From positions 83,159 to 147,158 of the IMG/VR virus record IMGVR_UViG_3300030616_000017: DNA of 64,000 bases; one strand, 5' to 3'. The notes below the pieces were generated by a model. The model ran no database searches and was not told the origin of the DNA. It worked only from the letters and a program-made list of their open reading frames with translations. Of this stretch, positions 36,055 to 45,146 are shown one piece after another; within the stretch, counting starts at the first letter, position 1, and each line of letters starts with the position of its first letter. A program made the translations under genes and the position numbers. This DNA is from a virus.

Positions 36055-36891
36055 ATGATAGACCCTAAAAGCTATCAACTATTAAGAAGCGAAGAAGAAC
36101 TGGAATGGTTCTATGAAAATGTAATGCCTCCTTTGAATAATCATGAGGTGTATTTTCTCTCTCTTAGTGCAAGAAAAAAACTTCTCACCGATTTTGAAAA
36201 GCAAACAATTCAGCTTGGTAGAACAGAAATGTTTGAAAGAAGAATTGTAAGAACAAAAGAATGGAATCGGCTGTATAGAACCGTTCGAAAGTTTGAAGCG
36301 AATTGGGGAGCATATACAAGTAAAAGAGGTTCTAATATTCCTAATCATGCAATAGTGGTGTATGTTAATATTAATCCTTCTGATGTTCTTAAAGCATATA
36401 AAGAGTTTAACCAAACTATGAATGAATATATGTATGAGCTGGTTCAATGTGCTGCAGAAAAGAGAAGTACAGACAATATTCTTTATCGTATCAAAAAACA
36501 AGATACACTTCTTATGAATTGCTATCAGAAGAATAGGGGAACAAAACATTGGATGGATTTTGATTTCGATATTCCTAGAAGCCCAAAAATTCTTTCTATT
36601 TTATACTTGTTCGTTGAAGAGATTAAAGAACATAAAGGAAAAGCATATATTGTAGAGACACAAGGAGGATACCATATCTTAGTAAGTATGGATACTGAAT
36701 TTAATCAGCAGTTTAACCCTCCTGTTTTAACTAAAAAATATGGAGAGGCCATTGCAAGATACATATCTCAAGGAGCTTGTGCAAAGATAGAAAACTTAGG
36801 GTATGAAGTAATTCATAATAAGAATGCTATGATCCCTCTTCCAGGAACTGTGCATAATGGTACGTTAGTAAAAATTCTAAATAAGGAGTAA
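36055..36891 (+). CDS. AEP (primase-polymerase) superfamily-like protein
   Basis: WMDFDFD (DxD), ETQGGYH, IPLPGT. Confidence 0.55.
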   Translation: MIDPKSYQLLRSEEELEWFYENVMPPLNNHEVYFLSLSARKKLLTDFEKQTIQLGRTEMFERRIVRTKEWNRLYRTVRKFEANWGAYTSKRGSNIPNHAIVVYVNINPSDVLKAYKEFNQTMNEYMYELVQCAAEKRSTDNILYRIKKQDTLLMNCYQKNRGTKHWMDFDFDIPRSPKILSILYLFVEEIKEHKGKAYIVETQGGYHILVSMDTEFNQQFNPPVLTKKYGEAIARYISQGACAKIENLGYEVIHNKNAMIPLPGTVHNGTLVKILNKE

Positions 36892-36895
36892 TAAG

Positions 36896-37138
36896 ATGGA
36901 TGTGGATGTAACAGTTACTATCAACATTAGGGGCATGAAGATCGAACTTGATCTAAACGAAGTAGATGAACTTCGTCTTAAACTAGAGGAAATAGGTAAT
37001 AGGTTCGGAGGGCCAAGGCAAATTGAGTATATTCCAATTGCTCCGCATACTCCCCCTATAGATCCTCCTTGGGTAAATCCTTGGACTAATCCTACCATCA
37101 CCTATTCTGTTGGAACAAGGAGTAAAGCAAATGATTAG
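36896..37138 (+). CDS. hypothetical protein
   Basis: ORF with SD. Confidence 0.55.
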   Translation: MDVDVTVTINIRGMKIELDLNEVDELRLKLEEIGNRFGGPRQIEYIPIAPHTPPIDPPWVNPWTNPTITYSVGTRSKAND

Positions 37139-37733
37139 GCAATGGTTCACCTCTGATTGGCACCTGAGACATCAGAATATGGCTAAACTAAGAGGCTTTG
37201 AAAGTGTAGAAAAAATGGATACACTTATTTATAATCATCTTATAGAAAAAGTTCAAAAGCATGATGAGCTGTATGTGCTAGGTGATCTGGGATGGGAAGT
37301 TCCGGTTGTAGAGGAAATTCTTAAACTGCTCAAGCAAATGAAAGTTAAAGTTTATTGGGTTACAGGAAACCACGACAAGCGTCTGCCTCTTACTAAACTT
37401 GCTCCTTACTGTGTGGAGATTCAACAAACGCGAATAGTTAGGAATGTAGATGGTAATGGTCGCAAGTTTTTTCTTTCACATTATCCTCACGTTGTGTTTG
37501 AGAATTCTTTTCGAGATTCTATCAATCTTTACGGGCATGTTCATAAAAGCAGTAAAGAGTTTTTAGAAGTTGAAGATATGATGAGAGGACAAGCCCTAAA
37601 TGTTAACGTAGAGTTGCATGATTATTATCCTCTCTCAAAAGAAGAAATTCTTGAAAAAGTTTCAAAGAAAGAACACAATTGGGACTATGTTGTTTTCCAA
37701 AGAGAAATAGAAAGGGAGAAAAATAATGTATGA
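37131..37733 (+). CDS. calcineurin-like metallophosphoesterase
   Basis: SDWH, LGD, GNHD, SHYP, GHVH. Confidence 0.9.
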   Translation: MIRQWFTSDWHLRHQNMAKLRGFESVEKMDTLIYNHLIEKVQKHDELYVLGDLGWEVPVVEEILKLLKQMKVKVYWVTGNHDKRLPLTKLAPYCVEIQQTRIVRNVDGNGRKFFLSHYPHVVFENSFRDSINLYGHVHKSSKEFLEVEDMMRGQALNVNVELHDYYPLSKEEILEKVSKKEHNWDYVVFQREIEREKNNV

Positions 37734-38046
37734 AGGAATAAAAATTGAAAACTTCATAAGTGAAATAAGCCCTTTAAGAAAGACTAACCCTGCTACAGGA
37801 AAAGAAACGGTTCGATTTCTGTTCTCAGGGGATGGGAGGGGAGATTTTACCAAAAGAGGCTACGATGCCTCTGTTGATGCCCTCGTGGATTATTGGGCTT
37901 ATCTCACCAAGCAGTTAGATTTTGTTTCAGAAATTGTTTCTGAAAAATACAAAAGCACCAATCTTCCAGAAGAAGATAAAGAAAAGATCCAAAAACATTT
38001 AGAACAGATATATAAAGAAACTTTAGCTATTTTTAGAAAAGATTAG
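37726..38046 (+). CDS. hypothetical protein
   Basis: ORF track. Confidence 0.6.
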   Translation: MYEGIKIENFISEISPLRKTNPATGKETVRFLFSGDGRGDFTKRGYDASVDALVDYWAYLTKQLDFVSEIVSEKYKSTNLPEEDKEKIQKHLEQIYKETLAIFRKD

Positions 38047-38113
38047 CGTTTTTTCTTGAAATCTTTCTGATTTTATGTTATAATATAGAAAGACACAAGA
38101 AAGGAGGCAGAAG

Positions 38114-38377
38114 ATGATTATAACAAAGCATGCGGAGAAGCGCTTACGTTCACGTGTAGGCATTCCTAAGAAAGCTGTTAAGAGGTATGTAGAAATTGCC
38201 ACTACAAAAGGAACACCTCATACCGAGCTTAAAGGCCAGCTAAAGGAGTATGCTGATAAGATGGAGAAGGAGTACGCAATAGAGGGAAGTAACTACTACG
38301 TATTTGGTACTATTATGTTTGTGTGTGCTAATGATGTGCTGATTACCGTATATCCTCTGAGAGGAGGCTTGACTTAA
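38114..38377 (+). CDS. small protein, DUF4258/RelE-like fold
   Basis: ITKHAEKRLRSR...VLITVYP. Confidence 0.5.
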   Translation: MIITKHAEKRLRSRVGIPKKAVKRYVEIATTKGTPHTELKGQLKEYADKMEKEYAIEGSNYYVFGTIMFVCANDVLITVYPLRGGLT

Positions 38378-38390
38378 AAAGGAGAAAACT

Positions 38391-38795
38391 ATGGATAATG
38401 AAAAACTAAGAGAATACATTGAGTTAAAAAACCAAGAAGCTGAAATTAAGAAGAAGATTAAAGAGATTGAAAAGACTGAATTGAAAGGAAAGGTCAAAGA
38501 AACCCTTTTCTTTGCAGATCTAGGCTACAAGATTACATATGTAGCTCCTAAAGAGAAAGCAGAAGTAAGGGTGGCGGATTTTTTTAAAGCTCTTAAAGCT
38601 GAGGGCAAAGAATATTCCTTTCCCAAATACTGCTCCGTATCTTTGGCTTCCTTGGACAAGTTTTACCGAGAAGATGATTGCGTAGGATTTCCTTATCGAG
38701 AAGCTGATTTTATTGATATAAAAGATAATGCTATTTCAGAAAGTTTCAGAGTAACTAAAATGGATAAAAATGAATTGAGAGAACATGAGGAGTAA
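38391..38795 (+). CDS. hypothetical protein
   Basis: ORF with SD. Confidence 0.65.
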   Translation: MDNEKLREYIELKNQEAEIKKKIKEIEKTELKGKVKETLFFADLGYKITYVAPKEKAEVRVADFFKALKAEGKEYSFPKYCSVSLASLDKFYREDDCVGFPYREADFIDIKDNAISESFRVTKMDKNELREHEE

Positions 38796-38797
38796 AT

Positions 38798-39790
38798 ATG
38801 TTTGTAGGAATAATTGCAATTCTTGCTGCGGTGGCTCTTAGTTTAGTTTCCGCCGTATTTTCTATATCAGGAGTTATGACCATTTTTTCTGGCGCTGCGG
38901 TAGGTGCTGGGATTATGGGCGGTGTACTTGAGTTTGCCAAAACTGTTGCAACAGTATGGCTATATAATTTCTGGAAAAAAGCCAACACATTACTTAAAAC
39001 GTATTTTCTTATCGCTATTACTATTTTGATTCTGATTTCATCTATTGGTATTTATGGCTATCTCTCTAAAGCATATATCGGGCAGGGAACAGTAGCTCTT
39101 CAAATTGAAACAAAGATGGAAAGGCTGAATCAATATATTAGCAGAGAACAAAGAGACATTGATAGGGCTAATTCTCAGCTGGATATGTTAGAAGAAGCTT
39201 TTGATCGATATCTAGAATTGAATATTATTACAAGAGCTCTCGATGCAAGAGATCAGCAGGAAGAAGAGCGTAGTAAATTAATTGGTATTATTGAAGAAGC
39301 TGAAAATAATATTGCTCAGTATGAAGATGAACTTTTCGAGTACAGACAAGAATTGAACACTATTGAAGTAAATGTTGGGCCTGTTAAATATCTTGCTATG
39401 TTGATGTATGGAGAGGATAAAGCAAAAGAAAAGTTTGATGATACTGCTCGTATTCTTATTCTTCTTATTGTGGCGGTGTTTGACCCCTTTGCTGTTCTAC
39501 TGATGGTAGCTGGGAATATTTCTCTTGATAGGAAAATGAGAAAAAGGAAAAGGAGAAGAAAACCTTCTACTCCTAAACCGCCTGTTACTGAAAAGAAGAA
39601 ACCAGAGGAAGCCCTCGTAAGTGATACATATGAGTTAAGGGAGATAGCTAAAGACAGTGTAAAAGAAGAAAGGAAGCCTTCTCACCCAGCCCATGAAAAA
39701 ACCTTTATCACAAAAAGAGGGCTAGTAGATAATGATACACCTCCGGAGATTCATAAAAAACGTAAAATTGTAAAACCGGGAAAAAAATAA
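38798..39790 (+). CDS. membrane protein with coiled coil
   Basis: 3 N-terminal TMs (LEFAK, SSIGIYGYLSKA), coiled coil, TM VFDPFAVLL. Confidence 0.75.
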   Translation: MFVGIIAILAAVALSLVSAVFSISGVMTIFSGAAVGAGIMGGVLEFAKTVATVWLYNFWKKANTLLKTYFLIAITILILISSIGIYGYLSKAYIGQGTVALQIETKMERLNQYISREQRDIDRANSQLDMLEEAFDRYLELNIITRALDARDQQEEERSKLIGIIEEAENNIAQYEDELFEYRQELNTIEVNVGPVKYLAMLMYGEDKAKEKFDDTARILILLIVAVFDPFAVLLMVAGNISLDRKMRKRKRRRKPSTPKPPVTEKKKPEEALVSDTYELREIAKDSVKEERKPSHPAHEKTFITKRGLVDNDTPPEIHKKRKIVKPGKK

Positions 39791-39817
39791 TATTTTTAGG
39801 TTTTTGTTTCGGTGAGT

Positions 39818-39827
39818 GACTAATATA
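39818..39827 (+). promoter_or_regulatory. phage-specific (late-type) promoter motif ACTAATA (representative)
   Basis: Also at 512, 7346, 9003, 13471, 16348, 22013, 33512 (+) and about 53975, 57135, 58920 (-), each just upstream of a gene or RNA. Confidence 0.7.
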
Positions 39828-39833
39828 TATAGT

Positions 39834-41885
39834 ATGGAAGATAAAAGACTCACCGAAGCAAAAGCTATTATTAAAGATCTGCTCTACGGGGACAACTCTG
39901 TAACATACCGAGAAGACTATAACGACTTGACGGGAGAGGAGATAAGAAAAGCTCTCTCCCTCATAGTTAACAATCCTAACTTATCAGAAAATACTAAAAC
40001 ACATTTTTTAGAGAATACATGGAGAATTCATTATGAGGTAAAACCTCCCACTGTAAATGAATTCTTAACACCTAAATGGATTGGTGCTGTTGCAGATTCC
40101 GTTTATCCCCATGTAGCTGATGTGTTCCGTTCTTTTATGGATCCGTATTCTAATAAAAGAGTGTTAGCCTTGTCTACATGTATTGGATTTGGAAAGAGTT
40201 CCCTTTCCTCTCTTATTGCTCTTTACATTATTGTGCATTTGCAGTATATGAGAAATCCAAAAGAATTCTTTGGCTTAAATGTAATGGGTTCTCTTGTAAT
40301 AGCTCTTCTTTCTTTTACCATGAAAAAGGTTGAACAAGTACTGTTACAACCCTTTGCGAATTTGTTAAGAGCTTCTCCTATGTTTGATAAAGTCAGAAGA
40401 GAAGATAGACTAGAGGCAAGACAAACGGAAATAGGTCCCGAGCATATTGTGTACACGTCTGCTGGTAGAATGGGCTCGTTTCAGTTTTCTAAAGACATTC
40501 ATATCACCACCGTATCCGACAGAAGTGCACTCTTAGGATTGAATATTATTCTTGGAATAGCTTCTGAGATTTCTTTTTGGCTTCAAAAAGGTGTTCCTAT
40601 TCAAGAAATATGGGGTACATTTAATGACTTGTGGAATAGAGTTGATTCTCGTTTTGCTATGCGCTATTTAAGTGGGGTGATTTTAGACAGTTCCCCATTA
40701 GACCTTTCTCTTTCCCCTATTGATAAATGGATATATTCAGGGGAGGCAGAAAAAGATCCAAGTGTTATGGTGGTGCAAGCAAAACATTGGGAAGTGTTTC
40801 CCGAGAAGTATCCGAAATGGTATAAAGAAGGACAAACCTTTCCTGTATTTAGAGGAGATGCATCTAAACCTCCTAAAGTACTTCTCACAACCGAACAAAT
40901 ATCCGAATATGCAAAAGAGGATATACTGCATGTACCTATTGACGTAAAACAAAAGTTTATCAACGATACTAAAAAAATGGTAGCAGACTTTGCGGGGTGG
41001 CCTGCAGGAGGAATTGCAAAACTTATTAGTGACTTTAGATACATTGAAAGCATGTTCACACCTGTTCTCTTAAATCAGTATGGGGCAATCACAGCCCCTG
41101 CGGACAAAAGGCCAGAAGGACTTATTTGGAATAAAGTGGTGAATGACTTCTTTATCAACGTGAATGGAAGATATGAATTTTACAGAGCACCTAAAGCAAA
41201 AAGAACGGTGCACATCGACTTGGCGGAAGCAAAGGATATGGCGAGCATTAGCATGAACCATTTCGAAATCGATAACGAAGGGGAATTATATATTGTAAAC
41301 GATTTTACTATTCCTATTTCCCCCGAGAAATCAAGAATCAATATCGATGCAGTAGCTCAGTTTGTTCTAGACCTAAAAAGAAAAGGACATATTTATTTTC
41401 ATTCTATTACCGCTGACCAGTATCAAAGCTCCGATCTTTTACAGAGACTAGCGAGAGAGGGTTTGCCCGTTTCAAAGCTTTCTGTAGATAGAGAGACAGC
41501 CCCATACAGAGTGGTAGCTTCTTGGATATTAAATGGAAGAGTGAAAGTGGGGAAAAACATTTTCTTAAAAAATAATTTTCAATCGCTTATAGAAACTCGG
41601 ACAGAAAAAGGTAAAGTAAAAATTGATCACACACAAGGCGACACAGTATATGATGACGGAGGAGATTGGGATCAGTCTTTTATGGGTGTTCATGCAAAGG
41701 ACGTATCAGACTCTTTCACGGGGAGTGCTTACACTCTTATTACAGATTTGCTTCACGAAATACCTCAATATCATTGGACTAATGATGATCAATTTGTGAA
41801 AGATAGTGAGGGAAATGTTACAAATATTAATAACCAAATCTTAAAAGAACTTCAAGAAAAGTTTAGCATGACAGTATCCTTCTAA
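39834..41885 (+). CDS. terminase large subunit
   Basis: Walker A IGFGKS, ASEISF, RNase H HIDLA, DQYQS, KDVSDS; ATG 39834 follows ACTAATATA. Confidence 0.8.
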   Translation: MEDKRLTEAKAIIKDLLYGDNSVTYREDYNDLTGEEIRKALSLIVNNPNLSENTKTHFLENTWRIHYEVKPPTVNEFLTPKWIGAVADSVYPHVADVFRSFMDPYSNKRVLALSTCIGFGKSSLSSLIALYIIVHLQYMRNPKEFFGLNVMGSLVIALLSFTMKKVEQVLLQPFANLLRASPMFDKVRREDRLEARQTEIGPEHIVYTSAGRMGSFQFSKDIHITTVSDRSALLGLNIILGIASEISFWLQKGVPIQEIWGTFNDLWNRVDSRFAMRYLSGVILDSSPLDLSLSPIDKWIYSGEAEKDPSVMVVQAKHWEVFPEKYPKWYKEGQTFPVFRGDASKPPKVLLTTEQISEYAKEDILHVPIDVKQKFINDTKKMVADFAGWPAGGIAKLISDFRYIESMFTPVLLNQYGAITAPADKRPEGLIWNKVVNDFFINVNGRYEFYRAPKAKRTVHIDLAEAKDMASISMNHFEIDNEGELYIVNDFTIPISPEKSRINIDAVAQFVLDLKRKGHIYFHSITADQYQSSDLLQRLAREGLPVSKLSVDRETAPYRVVASWILNGRVKVGKNIFLKNNFQSLIETRTEKGKVKIDHTQGDTVYDDGGDWDQSFMGVHAKDVSDSFTGSAYTLITDLLHEIPQYHWTNDDQFVKDSEGNVTNINNQILKELQEKFSMTVSF

Positions 41886-41957
41886 GTTTTATTCTTCTTT
41901 TACTTTACTTTTTTGAGTTTTTTACTTATATTATAAATATGAAAGGAGCGGCAAGAA

Positions 41958-42164
41958 ATGAGGTACAAGATTGTGGCTATGGAAGATTTTCCCATCTTCC
42001 ACATCAAGGATTCTCATTTTCCCCAAGGCGAGGAGATTCACCTTACAAGAAAAGAGTTGGACGAGTATATGCAAGTTACAACAGAATATCTTCACATACA
42101 AGATAAGCTGAAGAGACTGTATACGAAAGCCAAGAGAGAAAAAAGAAAAGAGGAGGTAGTATGA
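41958..42164 (+). CDS. hypothetical protein
   Basis: ORF with SD after promoter. Confidence 0.6.
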   Translation: MRYKIVAMEDFPIFHIKDSHFPQGEEIHLTRKELDEYMQVTTEYLHIQDKLKRLYTKAKREKRKEEVV

Positions 42165-42307
42165 GCGACGAAAAAAAGATCAAACTCAACGAACAATTTC
42201 TGACCGAAGAAGAATTCCAAAAAAAGAAAGAAGAAATTGAAAAGCAAAAAGATGCTGAACTCGTTGAAGTTGCTCCCAATGAATACAAACTTAGACTACG
42301 AGATTAA
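42161..42307 (+). CDS. small hypothetical protein (48 aa)
   Basis: AGGAGG SD; MSDEKKIKLNEQFL...EYKLRLRD. Confidence 0.6.
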   Translation: MSDEKKIKLNEQFLTEEEFQKKKEEIEKQKDAELVEVAPNEYKLRLRD

Positions 42308-42319
42308 AGGAGTACTTGT

Positions 42320-42667
42320 GTGAAAGTTACAAACAACGAAAAAGAGACTCTTGAGAAGGTGCATTTAATAAGCGGTGTACGTAAAGATGACGTACGCCTT
42401 GTTTTTGAAGCACTCTTTTCATTAGTAGTGATGAATTATATGGAAGAGGAAACAACCCTACTACCTTTCTTAGGCGACTTGGTAGTAGAAAAGAAAGGAG
42501 ATGAATACGAAAATGATAAAAAGAAAGCTCTCTTAGACGCTTATCTTGTGCCTGGATACAATCTCATTAGAAACATAGGGCAGGTGGCGGACGGAGAAGA
42601 GACTGATGTGGAGGAGTTGTTTCGTAAGAGGTTACGGAACACATTATACGAACAGATAAATTCATAG
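42320..42667 (+). CDS. divergent HU/IHF-like protein
   Basis: SGVRKDDVRLVFEAL...LPFLGDL helix/strand pattern. Confidence 0.45.
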   Translation: MKVTNNEKETLEKVHLISGVRKDDVRLVFEALFSLVVMNYMEEETTLLPFLGDLVVEKKGDEYENDKKKALLDAYLVPGYNLIRNIGQVADGEETDVEELFRKRLRNTLYEQINS

Positions 42668-42674
42668 AGGCAGT

Positions 42675-43403
42675 ATGGCAGAAACATTTATTCCATGTGA
42701 CAAATGTAATAGTGGATACATTTATGACGAAAAGACAGACAGTGCTGTAAAATGTGAATGTTTGAAAGAATTTCAAAGAAAAAGAAAACTAGAAATTACA
42801 CTTAATAAAGCTTCAATTCCATATGACTACATTAAAGACTACCATATGAGAAAGTACATAGGGAGAAAGTCTATTGATAACCTCCAGAAGTTGAAGCAAT
42901 ATGTTGATAAGTTTGAAGAAAAGTTTTTTGATAAACACATTTACTTTTACGGAGCTATGGGTACTCAAAAAACAACAGTAGCGTATTGGGTAGGGAGAGA
43001 GTTGATTAAAAAAGGTCTCTCGGTCAAGTATGTGTTAATGGACCAACTCATAAAAGATTTACAGAAGCAGGGGTGGGAGGATGAGGTAGATATCTCGCAA
43101 TACTCCTCTGTAGATTGTCTTATTATAGATAGAGCTTTTATGGCCGATCAAGTAACGCTGTATAAAAGTGGTTATCAAATTCCTTTCTTAGATAATTTTT
43201 TAAGACAGAGAATGGATCAAGAGCAAAAATCTACAATCTTCATTTCCAACAATGAGATTGATAACATTGCTTCAAATGGTTTTGGAAAGGATATAGAAGA
43301 TTTGGTGCGAAGAAAAATAAAGCCTTTTAATTCTCTCTTTTATTTTCTAGATCACTACACCCAAAAAGATGATTTTGATACGATTGATTTGTGGGAGGAC
43401 TAA
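42675..43403 (+). CDS. DnaC/DnaI-like helicase loader
   Basis: CDKC..G...CEC, GAMGTQKT, LIID, ISN; adjacent to helicase. Confidence 0.75.
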   Translation: MAETFIPCDKCNSGYIYDEKTDSAVKCECLKEFQRKRKLEITLNKASIPYDYIKDYHMRKYIGRKSIDNLQKLKQYVDKFEEKFFDKHIYFYGAMGTQKTTVAYWVGRELIKKGLSVKYVLMDQLIKDLQKQGWEDEVDISQYSSVDCLIIDRAFMADQVTLYKSGYQIPFLDNFLRQRMDQEQKSTIFISNNEIDNIASNGFGKDIEDLVRRKIKPFNSLFYFLDHYTQKDDFDTIDLWED

Positions 43404-43406
43404 TAA

Positions 43407-44783
43407 ATGAGCATCGAAAATTCAATCATTCTTCAAGAACAAAATATCTTATCTCTTTGCGTCAAGCATCCCCATCTTATACACGAAGTATCGTCTCAGT
43501 ACTTTATTTCTAACTCCGCACTTTCCGTATACAATGCAATTGATCACTTGCTAAAACAAGAAATTCAAGTTACACCTCGTAATGTGTACACAGAAGTTAC
43601 AAAGAGTACAAACCTTACGCAAGAACAAGTACAAGCTCTTTTCGATCTTGATGTATCTAAAGACGATTTAAGAGGAATGTACACAAGTTTGCGCAAACAG
43701 TGGGCTAAGGTAGATATTCAAACTAACATTCTTCAGGGCATTTTAGGAAAAGTCTCCTCTAAAAACGAGCTGGCTGTGGATGAGCTATGGAAGTTGAAAA
43801 ATCTCTTAGAAAACAGAATCAAAGAGGTAGATGATACTTCTAAAAAAACGTATACTTTGTCTCAAATGTTTGACACATACATAGAAGAATTGTACGCAAG
43901 AGATAAAGGAGACTCGTTTTACGATACAGGGTGTTCCTACCTTAATCAATATCTATTAGAAGGATTTGCTCCTCAGAAAATTACAACACTTTTTGGACAA
44001 TCCGGTGTAGGTAAAAGTACTTACGCTCTTTATCTTATTAACAAACAGATTAATAAACAGATTCCATCTATTTACTTTTCTCCTGAAATGCCTCTCATTT
44101 CTACTATGGATCGGTTGGCAGCAATGAGACTGCGTTTACCTCTTCAGCTGTTTCATCCTCAAGTGGATGCATCTACAGGAGACAGATCGGGTATTAACGA
44201 GTTTGTACTGCACAGAGTAGAACAAGAAGCTCAAAAGATTAAAGATCTTAATTATTTTCGCTTCGTAGAAGAACCCTCTCTTTATATGTCTGATATAGAA
44301 GACATAATAGAAAAAACAAAAAAAGAAATGGGAGTAGATTACTTAGTTGTTACTATCGACTTGCTGACAATGGTAAAGGATTTTAATTTAGGAAGTAAAA
44401 ATACAGCCACACTATATGAAAATGCAATGAATGCTCTTCATGAGATGGCTCGCCGCCAAAATGTTCACGTGGTAGGGGTTGTGCAGAGTAGAAGACCTCA
44501 AGGCAAAGTACATGTTACAACAGTAGAGGATATAGAGAGATTGCGACCAGGAATAGAAGAGATTAAGAATTCATCGGGTATGGAAGAAAGGAGTCGAATT
44601 GTAATATCGACTTTTAGAAAGAAGTTTTTTGCGAAGAAATACCTTCCTGAAGATCCTGAAGTAGAGTTATTAGATGACATATTAGATGTGCAGATTTTGA
44701 AACAGAATATGAGTGATGTTGCAATGCTTCATTATTTATATTCAGGGGAGTCTGCTCACATCTGTAAGTTCCAAGAAGAATAA
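43407..44783 (+). CDS. dnaB: DnaB-like replicative helicase
   Basis: GQSGVGKS, FSPEM, IDLL, VVQ, LKQN. Confidence 0.85.
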   Translation: MSIENSIILQEQNILSLCVKHPHLIHEVSSQYFISNSALSVYNAIDHLLKQEIQVTPRNVYTEVTKSTNLTQEQVQALFDLDVSKDDLRGMYTSLRKQWAKVDIQTNILQGILGKVSSKNELAVDELWKLKNLLENRIKEVDDTSKKTYTLSQMFDTYIEELYARDKGDSFYDTGCSYLNQYLLEGFAPQKITTLFGQSGVGKSTYALYLINKQINKQIPSIYFSPEMPLISTMDRLAAMRLRLPLQLFHPQVDASTGDRSGINEFVLHRVEQEAQKIKDLNYFRFVEEPSLYMSDIEDIIEKTKKEMGVDYLVVTIDLLTMVKDFNLGSKNTATLYENAMNALHEMARRQNVHVVGVVQSRRPQGKVHVTTVEDIERLRPGIEEIKNSSGMEERSRIVISTFRKKFFAKKYLPEDPEVELLDDILDVQILKQNMSDVAMLHYLYSGESAHICKFQEE

Positions 44784-44808
44784 GCTGAGAAATCAGCTTA
44801 TTTTTTTT
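44779..44808 (+). terminator. intrinsic terminator
   Basis: AATAAGCTGA-GAAA-TCAGCTTATT + T run. Confidence 0.85.
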
Positions 44809-44899
44809 CTATAAAAAAGTTCAAAAAAATTCAAAAAACTCTTGATTTTTTTCAGAAAAAAGCCTATAATATATATAGAAACTAAAGCAGGAGGAGAAT

Positions 44900-45136
44900 A
44901 TGAACGACAAAATGATTAAGATGTATGGATTTACCAAAGGAACGTTCGGAGGTGGTGGAGAAGAATTCTACACCAAAAGCACTGACGAAGGGGATTGGGT
45001 GTTGAGCGACGAAACGGGAGATGGAAACATCAACGATAATACTTCTCCTATTGTTGCTGAGCTTTTCAACGAAAAGGGGGAGCTGCTAGGGGGATCTTGG
45101 CTCCCAAGTATTAACAATCTGAAAGAGTTGGTATAA
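44900..45136 (+). CDS. hypothetical protein
   Basis: Strong promoter and GGAGGAG SD. Confidence 0.65.
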   Translation: MNDKMIKMYGFTKGTFGGGGEEFYTKSTDEGDWVLSDETGDGNINDNTSPIVAELFNEKGELLGGSWLPSINNLKELV

Positions 45137-45146
45137 GGAGGAAGAT

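Noticed and set aside
43398-43409. Additional ACTAATA motif before dnaB
   Set aside because: Explained by SD + stop + start overlap (GAGGAC-TAA-TA-ATG); not counted.
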